Shown here: in pieces, positions 18,753 to 29,040 of the stretch | Numbering within the stretch: position 1 is the first letter of the stretch | Layout of the letters: each line of letters starts with the position of its first letter | IMG/VR virus record: IMGVR_UViG_3300047323_000304 | Location: 32,001 to 96,000 of that record | DNA length: 64,000 nucleotides | Source of the DNA: a virus | Reading direction: 5' to 3' (one strand) | Position numbers and translations under genes: made by a program | The notes under the pieces: generated by a model | What the model was told of the DNA's origin: nothing | What the model saw: only the letters and a program-made list of their open reading frames with translations | Databases searched by the model: none

Positions 18753-19958
18753 ATGACAACAGTAACTACAATTACAGAATGTCAATCAAATACAGGTCTA
18801 AATACTCTCAATAATGGCAATACTTCAATTCAACTTATTTGTACGTATCCAAGTAGTTTTGATGTATCATTTGATTCTACATTATTAGAAGATATGTATA
18901 TAGAAAGTCTTAATGGATTTCAAACCAATGAGGTAATAACTGTTTCTATAAATGGCACTTCAATAGGTGATTTTACAATAAGTACAGATACTAAAGCTAT
19001 TTGGCTATCAGAATTAATTGGATTGGTTACTAGAGAACAATTATCGTTAAAAGTCTCAGAAACTATTCAATTTGATTTCTCAAGTAATAAATTATTAAAA
19101 TTTATATTAGCTTCAGCAACTAGTTCTAACTTTATTTCTACTAGTATAATTCAAACTTCTGGATTAGGTAGTAATATGTATAATTTGGCTGAAAGCGATA
19201 TAGAAAGTCAGGATGAATCATCTGTTGGTGCAATATCTAATGCGATAGCCGAAACTAAAACAGAAATTATAGGAAATAATTCTACTACAATTCAAATAAA
19301 AAATACTTATCCGGTATGGGGAACAGCGCTTCCTAAATCCTTTGTTATGGATAACTTAATTGTATTTTCAAAATTGCTTCCAATGAATACGGAAATATAT
19401 ATTAAAAAAGATGGAATACCAGTAAAAACATATAAAACAACTGCAAATATAAAATGTGTTTATTTAAGTGATATATTAGGTATTTCAAAAGAATTTCTAT
19501 ATACAAAAGTAAGTGAAGAGTATGAATTAAACTTTGTATATCCTCAATTTATTAACAATCAAATTTTAACTGGTGAACTTACTGATTTTTCTATTGCGTC
19601 AGTAATGGCAGTACAATTGCAACAAAATATATTTGAATTAGAAAATTCTCATACAATGGAAGATGCTCCGGTCACAACGAATGATTGCAATTTTGTAGTG
19701 ACTTATAGTAGTTATGATAGAAGTATTGAAAGTGCAGAATTACAAATCAATGCACAACAAACTATTTCATTGTCGTTTCTAACAGATACATCGGGTGATA
19801 TACCTGTACCATTAGTAAAGTTATCAAACATAGATAATTTATATAATACAGAAATTTCTTTAGTTATGGATGGAAATGCCATAATAGATTATTTGACAAT
19901 AATTCGTGATTTTGCGAGACAAAGAAACACATTAGAATACCAATATAAAGCTAAGTAG
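18753..19958 (+). CDS. Hypothetical beta-rich protein with internal duplication
   Basis: 401 aa, GGGGAG RBS; SIQLICTYP..AIWLSELIGL vs TIQIKNTYP..CVYLSDILGI. Confidence 0.7.
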   Translation: MTTVTTITECQSNTGLNTLNNGNTSIQLICTYPSSFDVSFDSTLLEDMYIESLNGFQTNEVITVSINGTSIGDFTISTDTKAIWLSELIGLVTREQLSLKVSETIQFDFSSNKLLKFILASATSSNFISTSIIQTSGLGSNMYNLAESDIESQDESSVGAISNAIAETKTEIIGNNSTTIQIKNTYPVWGTALPKSFVMDNLIVFSKLLPMNTEIYIKKDGIPVKTYKTTANIKCVYLSDILGISKEFLYTKVSEEYELNFVYPQFINNQILTGELTDFSIASVMAVQLQQNIFELENSHTMEDAPVTTNDCNFVVTYSSYDRSIESAELQINAQQTISLSFLTDTSGDIPVPLVKLSNIDNLYNTEISLVMDGNAIIDYLTIIRDFARQRNTLEYQYKAK

Positions 19959-19966
19959 GTGATATT

Positions 19967-20857
19967 ATGGGTTTTAAAATGATGTCATCTGGAGGGATAT
20001 TTAGAACTAATTCATTACCAAAAGAAGGAGATTATCATGGTCAAATTTTTGAATATTTAAAAGATAATATAAGCAACCCTGAACTATATTCATGGAATGA
20101 ATTACAGAAGAAATGGATTCCAATGAGTGGTGGAGGAAATGTAACTTATAAGAATTCAAATCCCATGCCAGTTGCTGTCGGTGGATTTTCAGTAGGAACA
20201 AATTTCACTGAAGAAAAAACAATCCAAGAGATGTTAGATGGTTTATTATATCCATATATACCACCTAGTATAAGTTTAGGAACTACAATTTCAACAATAC
20301 AAGAATTAGGAACAAGTTTACCTAGTATTCAATTAAATGCAACAATGGCTAAAAAATCTAATGATATTACAAAGGTAGAATATTATAAGAATGGAAGTTT
20401 AGTTTATTTAAAAGATAATCCTTCTTTAAGTGAAAGTTATATAGATTCTACAGGAATAAATAGTGATACAACATATTCTGTAAAAGTTTATGATGATAAA
20501 CCTAATTCTGTTTCTAGAAGTTTTAGTTTTAATTATATTTATCCAATGTATATAGGGAATGTTGATGATTTAAATCCTACTGAAACAAATATTAAAGGTA
20601 TAACTAAAAAATTAATTGTAAAAAGTAATCAGACTTTGGATTATACGATTTCAAATAGTAGATTTTGTTTTGCGTGTCCAAGTTCATATGGCAGTTTAAC
20701 ATCTATTAAAGACCCAAACAATTTTGAATTACTTAATACATTTAACATAATAAATATGAACTTTACAATGTTAGACAATAAATCAATTCCATATATAATT
20801 TATATTTCAAGTGTTTTGACAACACAATCAAATTTTACAATTACGTATAACTTTTAA
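19967..20857 (+). CDS. Phage fibre/structural-like protein
   Basis: PVAVGG...TIQEMLDGLLYPY and YP.Y.G / FCFACPSSYG.L.SIKD.NNF motifs recall phage virion fibre proteins. Confidence 0.6.
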   Translation: MGFKMMSSGGIFRTNSLPKEGDYHGQIFEYLKDNISNPELYSWNELQKKWIPMSGGGNVTYKNSNPMPVAVGGFSVGTNFTEEKTIQEMLDGLLYPYIPPSISLGTTISTIQELGTSLPSIQLNATMAKKSNDITKVEYYKNGSLVYLKDNPSLSESYIDSTGINSDTTYSVKVYDDKPNSVSRSFSFNYIYPMYIGNVDDLNPTETNIKGITKKLIVKSNQTLDYTISNSRFCFACPSSYGSLTSIKDPNNFELLNTFNIINMNFTMLDNKSIPYIIYISSVLTTQSNFTITYNF

Positions 20858-20875
20858 CAAAAAGGAGGTGAAGAT

Positions 20876-23800
20876 ATGGCAGGAATACCAATAAGTAATT
20901 CATTTACAATGGGTTCAGCTTTAATGATAGATGATAGAGCGAACAAGAAGACTCTTATAGAACGTGACTCTATTGAAAGTTATAAACGTGTGAAAGGTCT
21001 TCAGGTATTCGTTGAAGAAACAAATACTTGGTATTATCTTAAAACAGGAATTACAAATTCTGATTGGGATATATTAGGAAGTAGTTCATCTAGTGGAACA
21101 AGTGCTGATTCAATTCCCAAGATAGTTAATCCAATAGTAAATGATATTATAGTTGCAAATACAGATGGTACAGTAAAAGATAGTGGATTAAAGACTACAG
21201 ATTTACTTGATAAAGCAACTTATGATCCAACTAATATTGGAATAGTTAAAGATAGTAAAAAATTAAATGGACAAGATGCTTCATATTATGCCAAAGCTAC
21301 AGATATACCAACTAAAGTTAGTCAGTTAACTAATGATAGTGGTTATCTAGCTTCTGTGCCTACAGGATATGCAAAAATTAATGATATTGCGACTACAGGT
21401 AATAAAATAGATACATATAGTGCAGATAAAATAATTAATTTAGTAAATAACTTTACATTGATAGTTGCAGATTGGACTAGTGGTGTTAATTATAAAAAAT
21501 ATCAATTAGTGGATTATTTGGGAACGTTGTATAGATTAAAAAATGATATTACAAATTCCATTTATACACCAGATATTTCACCTACAGATTATGAAGTATA
21601 TTCAAGTGGTAGTGGATCTGGGGGTTCGAGTTTAAAATTTCCAACATTTTCGACTAATCATAGTTACTCATATAGAGAAGGCATTTGGTATAATGGAATA
21701 TTATATTCTGCAAAATCATCATTTACAAGTACTTCAGTGTTTAGTGTAAGTGATTGGGATATTATTTGCGATATGACAAGAAACGTTTATGATACTAATG
21801 GTGATGGAAGAGTAGATATGGCAGAACGTGCTTTAATTTCCGATTTAGCACTTGAAACTCAATTAATGCAATCATGGAGGGCTAGCACGGTATATACAGT
21901 TGGACAAAATTTAATTTTTAACAATTGTATATACACCGTTAATAAAAATTTTACAAGTGGAACAACTTTTATTACAACTAATTTAACATTAACTGCAACT
22001 GGTACTCATAATTCTTTAACTGGATTGCAAGGAGGAAACGCTACAAGTGGTCAATATTATCATTTAGATCAAACACACTATGATATTGTAAATAAATTTA
22101 CAGACGCTTCTGGAAATATTGCTTATAATGGAACAAAACTAGGAGATATGTTTAAAGGAATTTTTGATAAGAATGGAGATAATATAGTTGATGTTGCTAG
22201 TACGCTTGATGGACTTTTATCTTCAATTACTGAACTTAATTCTTTGAAGGGTGTTACAGGAAATATTCAAGATAAATTTAATTCGTTGAGTGGAATAAAT
22301 TTAAAAGATACTCATAAAGCTACATATTCTACCTTAATATCTGCAACAGGAATGTTAAAAGGAGATGCTTATATAGTTGATGCTGATGAATCAAAAAACG
22401 GTGCTCAAACATGGTATACATGGAATGGAACTACATGGGTATTTTTAGGAACAGCTAGTGTCACATCTCGTGATTTTACTGTTAATCCATTAAATGTAAC
22501 AGCTGAGTCAACTGGGCTATATTTAGAACCAAGAATTGACCCTTTAATAGCTAGAAAAAGTGATATACCAACATTTAGCAATTTAACATTATTACAATCA
22601 TATTCAAATACGGATGGAGATATTACCAATGCAGTTAGTCAATCACATCAACATTTAAATAAAACATTATTGGATTCATATACTCAGTCTAATACCGATT
22701 TAGCTGATAGTGTTAATAAAAAACATGTTCATACAAATAAAGTATATTTAGATAAGATAAGTGAAGCTTCCGATGGAACTCCTTTATATAACGGAAGTCC
22801 AATGGGCAGTGGTTCATCTAGTGGAGGTGGAGGAATAACAGATTTATCCAAATTCACTACAGCAGATTTATCACCAAGTACAAATCGAAATTATGTTGCA
22901 GATTCGGAAAAAGCTAATATTCAAAATCTTACTAATATAGTTGCAAATCAATCATCTATGAATACTACACTAACAACAATTTCTTCTGAGATACCTTCAG
23001 ATGTTTCAGCAATAAATAAATTAATATCAACAACTACAATGAATGATAAAATTAGCGCAATGAAATTTGTTCAATTAAAAGATGTTGATCCGGCTATAAA
23101 AGCAAATGGATTTTTAGTAGTTGATTCAACTGGAACAAAGATAACTTATTTACAATCAATAAAAGATTATATTCAAATTAAACAAATTACAGATAAAGAT
23201 GGAAAAATATTTAATAATGTTCCAACATTTAAATTTGATGACCTAGCTGGAACTTTGCTAGGTGATGGAACACTAGAATTAAAATTAAAAAACATATTTA
23301 GTACAGACTTAAAAGATATGCCAACTACATTGGTTAATAATGGAGTATTAGTTGCAAATTCTTCAACGAATAAATATGAATTAAAAGATGTTGCTAATTT
23401 AACTAATTCACATGAAAATCCATCTTATAATGTAAAACAAGTTGATTGGTATTGGGATACAAATAATAATTGTTACCTGTGTGATATCACTCATAATTTA
23501 CAATCAATAAATGTAATTGTTGGAATTTATGATAGTACAAATAATATAATATCAAATGTATTTCCTAAAGTAGTAAATAGTAATTCTATACAGTTAAAAT
23601 GTCAAACCACTCCTGTTTGTAGAGTGGTTATTAATTGTTCACAAGGTACAGTAGGAAGTAGCTCAGGAGGTTCTACAATTGTAACATCTAGTGATTTTAT
23701 TGATGATACAAGAGTGAGGAGTGATAAAACTTATAGTTCGGATTTTATAAATACTACTTTAAAGGGGTATGCACAAACAAATCAAATATATACCCAAACG

Positions 23801-24265
23801 CAATCAAATTTATTATATGCAACAAAAAATAGTGAACATCTGCATAATAATTTTGATTTATTACAACAACTTACAACTGATAGTAGTAATAATTTATATT
23901 TCAGTGGACAAAAATTATTAACTAATTTTCAACCATACACTTATCAATTAAAATGGACAAACGAAAATAAGCCTATTTTAAATACAATAGTAGATGTTAA
24001 TTCGATATTTTTATCAAATAGTATAAATGCTATCATGAACAGTGAATTTACAATAGTTAATAATATAGTAAGTATAGACGATACTACTGATTCTAAGACA
24101 GAAAATTTAGTTCATTTATTAGTTTTGGACAATACAATAAAAATATTAGATGTATATATTAAACCAAGTAGAACTGAAAAATTTATATTAGGAATAAGTC
24201 CAAACATAAGTATAATGGTGCAAGGTAGTAACTTTTCTGGATTATATTATCTAACAGCATATTAA
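20876..24265 (+). CDS. Large mosaic fibre-like protein with CBM5/12-like repeats
   Basis: 1129 aa; W.SG..Y....V.Y.G.LY-type repeats, DxNGDxxVD loops, HxHxNKxxLD repeats, THNL..NVIV.IYD module. Confidence 0.65.
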   Translation: MAGIPISNSFTMGSALMIDDRANKKTLIERDSIESYKRVKGLQVFVEETNTWYYLKTGITNSDWDILGSSSSSGTSADSIPKIVNPIVNDIIVANTDGTVKDSGLKTTDLLDKATYDPTNIGIVKDSKKLNGQDASYYAKATDIPTKVSQLTNDSGYLASVPTGYAKINDIATTGNKIDTYSADKIINLVNNFTLIVADWTSGVNYKKYQLVDYLGTLYRLKNDITNSIYTPDISPTDYEVYSSGSGSGGSSLKFPTFSTNHSYSYREGIWYNGILYSAKSSFTSTSVFSVSDWDIICDMTRNVYDTNGDGRVDMAERALISDLALETQLMQSWRASTVYTVGQNLIFNNCIYTVNKNFTSGTTFITTNLTLTATGTHNSLTGLQGGNATSGQYYHLDQTHYDIVNKFTDASGNIAYNGTKLGDMFKGIFDKNGDNIVDVASTLDGLLSSITELNSLKGVTGNIQDKFNSLSGINLKDTHKATYSTLISATGMLKGDAYIVDADESKNGAQTWYTWNGTTWVFLGTASVTSRDFTVNPLNVTAESTGLYLEPRIDPLIARKSDIPTFSNLTLLQSYSNTDGDITNAVSQSHQHLNKTLLDSYTQSNTDLADSVNKKHVHTNKVYLDKISEASDGTPLYNGSPMGSGSSSGGGGITDLSKFTTADLSPSTNRNYVADSEKANIQNLTNIVANQSSMNTTLTTISSEIPSDVSAINKLISTTTMNDKISAMKFVQLKDVDPAIKANGFLVVDSTGTKITYLQSIKDYIQIKQITDKDGKIFNNVPTFKFDDLAGTLLGDGTLELKLKNIFSTDLKDMPTTLVNNGVLVANSSTNKYELKDVANLTNSHENPSYNVKQVDWYWDTNNNCYLCDITHNLQSINVIVGIYDSTNNIISNVFPKVVNSNSIQLKCQTTPVCRVVINCSQGTVGSSSGGSTIVTSSDFIDDTRVRSDKTYSSDFINTTLKGYAQTNQIYTQTQSNLLYATKNSEHLHNNFDLLQQLTTDSSNNLYFSGQKLLTNFQPYTYQLKWTNENKPILNTIVDVNSIFLSNSINAIMNSEFTIVNNIVSIDDTTDSKTENLVHLLVLDNTIKILDVYIKPSRTEKFILGISPNISIMVQGSNFSGLYYLTAY

Positions 24266-24294
24266 AAAATAAATTATAAAGAAGGTGACAGGAC

Positions 24295-25830
24295 ATGGCG
24301 AAAGTATTAAATTCAACATCATTCAATGGAAATATTTCTAAAATGGTGGAATTGCGTGATGAAATGATAGTTAATGGGATATGTTGTGATAAAGTTACCT
24401 TATCACCTAATCCATTAGATTATTGTCCAGTTTATGTAAGTAACAATAATGAAGTAATAATGAATCAAGTAGCGTATATGAATTCAACATGGTTTAGAAA
24501 TTTTTCTACAAATGGGTTTTTGGTTGATTCAAATGATCCGTATACATATTATGTGGCTACAGAATCAATAAGTGGAAATGGAATAAATCAAATGATTCAG
24601 ATAAAAAGGACATCTAATGGATTAATTACTTCTACACAATGGGGTAATTGGGACATAGGTACATATAGAGGTAATATAGATTTAATAGCCCAAGATAGTA
24701 ATAATATTTATTATACTTTTAATAGAGAATATGGTGGTTATTATAGTTATATTGGATATTACAATAAATTAACAGGTGGAGGAGCAAGTCTAAACATAAA
24801 TAGTGGAACGGTGCAATTGCTAAAAGATGTTGGTATATATTTGTATGTTTATACACCTAGTGTAAGTGCAAATACAATAAATGTAGGTAAATATAATAAA
24901 ACAACTAATACAATGACATGGATATACACTGAATCTGGTGCTAATGGATATTATGGAGATAACTTAATAAGTGATATAGATAATAATGGTGTTTTTTTCT
25001 TAGCTAGAGATGGCTTTAACTTTGGGAAAATAGACCATTATTTTGTTTATAGGAAATATATATTAAATACTAATAACGATTTAGTTACAGCAAGTACAGT
25101 AACAGTAGATATGTCATTATTACCTAATAATAGTATATTTATTAATTCAGGTAATGCTATGGCAACATGTAGTCAATTACTTAAATTTACAGACTCAAAT
25201 ACAGGGAAAAGATATATAACACATTTGTATTATAATAAAGGATTGAGATACACGAATTTAAGTGCATTGGACTCGGCAATGTATACATATGAAATGATAA
25301 GTGACGATAATTGGAAATTAGTATCATATTATTTATTCAATCCGATTATTTATAGAACATGTTTATCTATTAATAATGGTCAGTTTTTGATGTTAGCTTA
25401 TGAAAATGCATGTCATATATATATGTGGGATACAAGTTCAACATCTTATAAAAAGACTTCAGGTTTTGAAAGTCCGATAAATTCTATATCATGTGATATG
25501 AATAACAACATGTATGTTCAATACTCCGATTCTAGTATTGAATTAGTTTCTAAAACAATGCCAACAACTGTTTATGCGGATTTTGACCAAGATATTTATG
25601 CGTTTAGTGGTAGCGAAGTTTCAGCAAATGTGTCTTTATATATTCAAAATTACCAAGGTAAATATATATCAACAAGTGTTCAATTAACTTTATATGGCAA
25701 TGTAAGATTTACAAGCAATAATACTAAAACTTTAACTATTACAAGTTCAAACTCGGGGAAAATAAATATCCCAGTAACTATTTTCGACGAAGGAAATTAT
25801 CAAGTAAAAGCTTCAATAGTTACTAATTAA
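24295..25830 (+). CDS. Tyr/Asn-rich putative beta-propeller + C-terminal Ig-like protein (paralog 1)
   Basis: 511 aa; shares MAK(V/I)L start, LIAQD/YLGQD and C-terminal QLT..G...FTSN..K.L...T..SG...IP.TI with next ORF. Confidence 0.6.
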   Translation: MAKVLNSTSFNGNISKMVELRDEMIVNGICCDKVTLSPNPLDYCPVYVSNNNEVIMNQVAYMNSTWFRNFSTNGFLVDSNDPYTYYVATESISGNGINQMIQIKRTSNGLITSTQWGNWDIGTYRGNIDLIAQDSNNIYYTFNREYGGYYSYIGYYNKLTGGGASLNINSGTVQLLKDVGIYLYVYTPSVSANTINVGKYNKTTNTMTWIYTESGANGYYGDNLISDIDNNGVFFLARDGFNFGKIDHYFVYRKYILNTNNDLVTASTVTVDMSLLPNNSIFINSGNAMATCSQLLKFTDSNTGKRYITHLYYNKGLRYTNLSALDSAMYTYEMISDDNWKLVSYYLFNPIIYRTCLSINNGQFLMLAYENACHIYMWDTSSTSYKKTSGFESPINSISCDMNNNMYVQYSDSSIELVSKTMPTTVYADFDQDIYAFSGSEVSANVSLYIQNYQGKYISTSVQLTLYGNVRFTSNNTKTLTITSSNSGKINIPVTIFDEGNYQVKASIVTN

Positions 25831-25861
25831 TAAATTATAATATAAAGGAGGATATATAACT

Positions 25862-27403
25862 ATGGCGAAAATATTAGACCAAAGTTGTTTCCAAGGTAAT
25901 ATACAAAAATGTGTTGAAACACAATTAGGTTTTATTATGCAAGGAAGTTATTATGATAAAGCACAATGGATTCCTAAAAAACTTCAAATATTTCCTGTAG
26001 CTGGAGATTTAACAGAATTAAGTATGAGTCAAAAATTAATGACAAATCATGCTCAGAATAATCATGGAAAATCATTTGGAGATACAGTTGTTAATGATAG
26101 ATATGATAGTACGATATCCTATTCTTGGGTGATTGGAACTAGGTCATCAAATAAATTAATGCTTTTTAAAATTAGAGAAAATAATGGTACAATTACAACT
26201 TTAAATTCAAATACATTTTCTGCTTTGCCAGCAACTTCACCATTTGTTAGAGCATATCTAGGACAAGATGCAACTTACTTATATTATTTAATAGATTGTA
26301 ATGCTACATGGCGTGAGTATTTTGTTAAAATAGATAAAAACACCTTAACAATGACAACAGTAGAAGATTTTAGTACATATTCTTGGGGAAATCTGATTAA
26401 AGAAACTGATACATATATTTACTATGGCTCAAAAAGAGGATATGGAACAAATTCTATTAAAAGATATAATAAAATGACAACTGTAACTGATACATTTGCA
26501 CCAACTGCGAAGACAAGTACTATTTATTTTAGTACTTGCTATAGTAATTTATTATCTAATTCAAGTACAGATTTTTATAATTATACAGTATTTCATAATA
26601 GTACAACTAATAAATTTGGTATCACAAGATATCATTATGACACAACTCAAACAGTTTTGACGAGTATATTGACTGAAGCAGATTGTAATATAACGTGGGG
26701 AGCAGTAACTCAATTACCTGTATTTGCTTCAAATGGAACAGTTCATTATGAACCATTTATTTCATATGTATCAAGTACAGGAAAGTATTATTTGAATATT
26801 GCAATCTATGAAATAAATGGTTCTACATCAGCAAATTTAGCATCGTACGGTATCTACACATTTTTAATAGACCCAACTACAAAAGATTTAACATTTAAAA
26901 ATTTTACAACAGTAACCTCTGATTATTTCAGGGGTTTTATTGGCGTTCAAAATAATACATTTTTAGCTTGTGTAAGTCCAACATCTACAATATTTGCAAA
27001 TTTTGACCCAACAAATGAAAAATTTATTATAACAAATACAATAGCAAATGCACCTACACATATTGGTGCTGACCAAAGTGATGGTATTTGGGTTGTTAAT
27101 GTACTAACTGAAATAGAATATTATAATACATATGTTCCAATTAATATTTATATTAATTCAGAAATGGATACCTATACTTATAGTGGAACTAATTTAAGTT
27201 CTTATATTACAATTCAAGCAACTAATTGGAATAATACTAATATTGCCTGTAATTTACAATTAACAATTAAAGGCGGTGCTGTATTTACTTCTAATGGCTC
27301 TAAAGTATTAACTGATACAACATTAACAAGTGGATCTAAACAAATTCCAATAACTATAACTAGCGACCAAGGATTTGCTATATTACCTCAATATATTATA
27401 TAA
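25862..27403 (+). CDS. Putative beta-propeller + Ig-like protein (paralog 2)
   Basis: 513 aa; same architecture as 24295..25830. Confidence 0.6.
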   Translation: MAKILDQSCFQGNIQKCVETQLGFIMQGSYYDKAQWIPKKLQIFPVAGDLTELSMSQKLMTNHAQNNHGKSFGDTVVNDRYDSTISYSWVIGTRSSNKLMLFKIRENNGTITTLNSNTFSALPATSPFVRAYLGQDATYLYYLIDCNATWREYFVKIDKNTLTMTTVEDFSTYSWGNLIKETDTYIYYGSKRGYGTNSIKRYNKMTTVTDTFAPTAKTSTIYFSTCYSNLLSNSSTDFYNYTVFHNSTTNKFGITRYHYDTTQTVLTSILTEADCNITWGAVTQLPVFASNGTVHYEPFISYVSSTGKYYLNIAIYEINGSTSANLASYGIYTFLIDPTTKDLTFKNFTTVTSDYFRGFIGVQNNTFLACVSPTSTIFANFDPTNEKFIITNTIANAPTHIGADQSDGIWVVNVLTEIEYYNTYVPINIYINSEMDTYTYSGTNLSSYITIQATNWNNTNIACNLQLTIKGGAVFTSNGSKVLTDTTLTSGSKQIPITITSDQGFAILPQYII

Positions 27404-27424
27404 AATAAAGCGAGGTGAATAATT

Positions 27425-28360
27425 ATGTTTAATGACGGATTAGCAAGGTCTAGTGGAATAGTAGTAGTTGGATTTGATACTCTTATAACTGGAGAAAGCA
27501 GTGCAATATCATCAGAAAATATAACTACATTAATTACGCCAACTCCAATGGACAGTTCAGTATGTAATTTTGATAAAAAAATAATGGTTACAGGTGATGG
27601 AATACAAATTATAAACTTTATTCCTAAGTCTGTAACGGTTCAAAATGGAGTTAAAAAATATACTGGTATAAATTTAAATAGTGATTCTATGAGCAATCTA
27701 GAAAAAACATTTAAAGTTATACATGGACAACCAGTATTTATAAATAAGGCTGATTGCAAAGTTAATAGCGATAGTAATAAAGGCAATTATATAGTACAAT
27801 TTTTAACTTTAGATCAAAATAAGGCGAAACCATTACAGGTAAAAGTTGTATCATTTCAACAAAAAATAAACATAAATGATATAAAAATTCATAGTAGTTA
27901 TAAGCCTGTAAAAACTCCAATTATCACACAAATAAAAGGAATGATTGTTAAAGTTACCAAAATGTCATATAAGGTTTTAAATTTAGTACCTTACAATGTA
28001 AAAGTTCAGAATGGTGTAAAGAAATATACAGTTGCACCTGTAACGAATACTTCAACATTATATGTAAGAGTACAAAGTTATAAAAATGTATTAAATGCAG
28101 GTACTACAACTGGTGGTGGTAGTTTAAACTCATTTGTTTTAACTTTTCAAAAGTTCTCATATTATGAACAATCATTATCGTTTGGCAATAATGTTAAGGT
28201 TATAGGGGCAAGTGGCTTACCTCAAGGGATGATATTTGAATTGGACTGTATCAAAGGAAGTCCATTGTTATCAGGGCAGAGTACAGTAACATTGAAACTT
28301 TCGGACAATAGTACAGTTGTAGGTTTGATTATTGTGCCAGAGTTGCCTCGTATTATGTAA
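27425..28360 (+). CDS. Hypothetical protein with internal repeat and C-terminal putative-Ig motif
   Basis: V.VQNGVKKYT occurs twice; GASGLPQGM...IKGSP...G resembles He_PIG. Confidence 0.55.
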   Translation: MFNDGLARSSGIVVVGFDTLITGESSAISSENITTLITPTPMDSSVCNFDKKIMVTGDGIQIINFIPKSVTVQNGVKKYTGINLNSDSMSNLEKTFKVIHGQPVFINKADCKVNSDSNKGNYIVQFLTLDQNKAKPLQVKVVSFQQKININDIKIHSSYKPVKTPIITQIKGMIVKVTKMSYKVLNLVPYNVKVQNGVKKYTVAPVTNTSTLYVRVQSYKNVLNAGTTTGGGSLNSFVLTFQKFSYYEQSLSFGNNVKVIGASGLPQGMIFELDCIKGSPLLSGQSTVTLKLSDNSTVVGLIIVPELPRIM

Positions 28361-28379
28361 TTTTAAAGGAGGGGAAAAC

Positions 28380-28604
28380 TTGATTAAATATTATTTTAAA
28401 AATGATTCAAATACAGAAATATATCTAACTAATGATATAGATATAAATATATTACAAAGTAAAGACCCATCTACTCAACAATTATTTACTAATAAAGATG
28501 AAGCTATTGTATGGGCAACAGAATTTGTTAAAGTATATTACAATGAAGAACTTGTTGATGGTGAAAGTGTAGTTACTGATACAAATTCAGCAATACCATC
28601 ATAA
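28380..28604 (+). CDS. Small hypothetical protein closing the operon
   Basis: GGAGG RBS, in-frame TTG at 28380 (MIKYYFKNDS...). Confidence 0.6.
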   Translation: MIKYYFKNDSNTEIYLTNDIDINILQSKDPSTQQLFTNKDEAIVWATEFVKVYYNEELVDGESVVTDTNSAIPS

Positions 28605-28620
28605 CATAAATATAATAAAT

Positions 28621-28662
28621 AAAAGTAGGTTGGTAACACGTGGGTATTACTCTCCTACTTTC
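28621..28662 (+). terminator. Putative terminator
   Basis: AAAGTAGG...CCTACTTT inverted repeat. Confidence 0.5.
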
Positions 28663-28980
28663 ATATTATGTACTTATGCAATTTAGTACTAATTATTTAT
28701 TATAACATATATTATTTGTAATTACCATAGCACAGAATATTTAATTTTTACTCAAAATTATATTAAACGTTAATTTACTAGACTAATTTGATTTTAAAAT
28801 TTAAAAAATTGTCAGAATTGAAGTCCCAAGTAGCTTTAAAAAATGAACAAGTAAAATTGCTTCGTTGCATATGGAGTTGCACTTCGTCGGTTTAAATATG
28901 GGTGACTGGAACGAACGATGGCGAACGCAAGATGTAAAAATTACTACTTTACTTTGAGTTAAGGAAATTGTGGATAAATA

Positions 28981-29008
28981 ATCTGACATAAGTAATATTA
29001 TGTGATAT
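28981..29008. other. dif-like tyrosine-recombinase crossover site
   Basis: ATCTGACATAA-GTAATA-TTATGTGATAT: 11-6-11 layout with the CATAA/TTATG core of Xer/dif sites, immediately upstream of a recombinase. Confidence 0.6.
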
Positions 29009-29040
29009 TTATAAATTATATGATATAATATCTATATGAG

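Noticed and set aside
28801-28989. 62-aa - strand ORF
   Set aside because: No RBS; overlaps the dif-like site and GC-rich element
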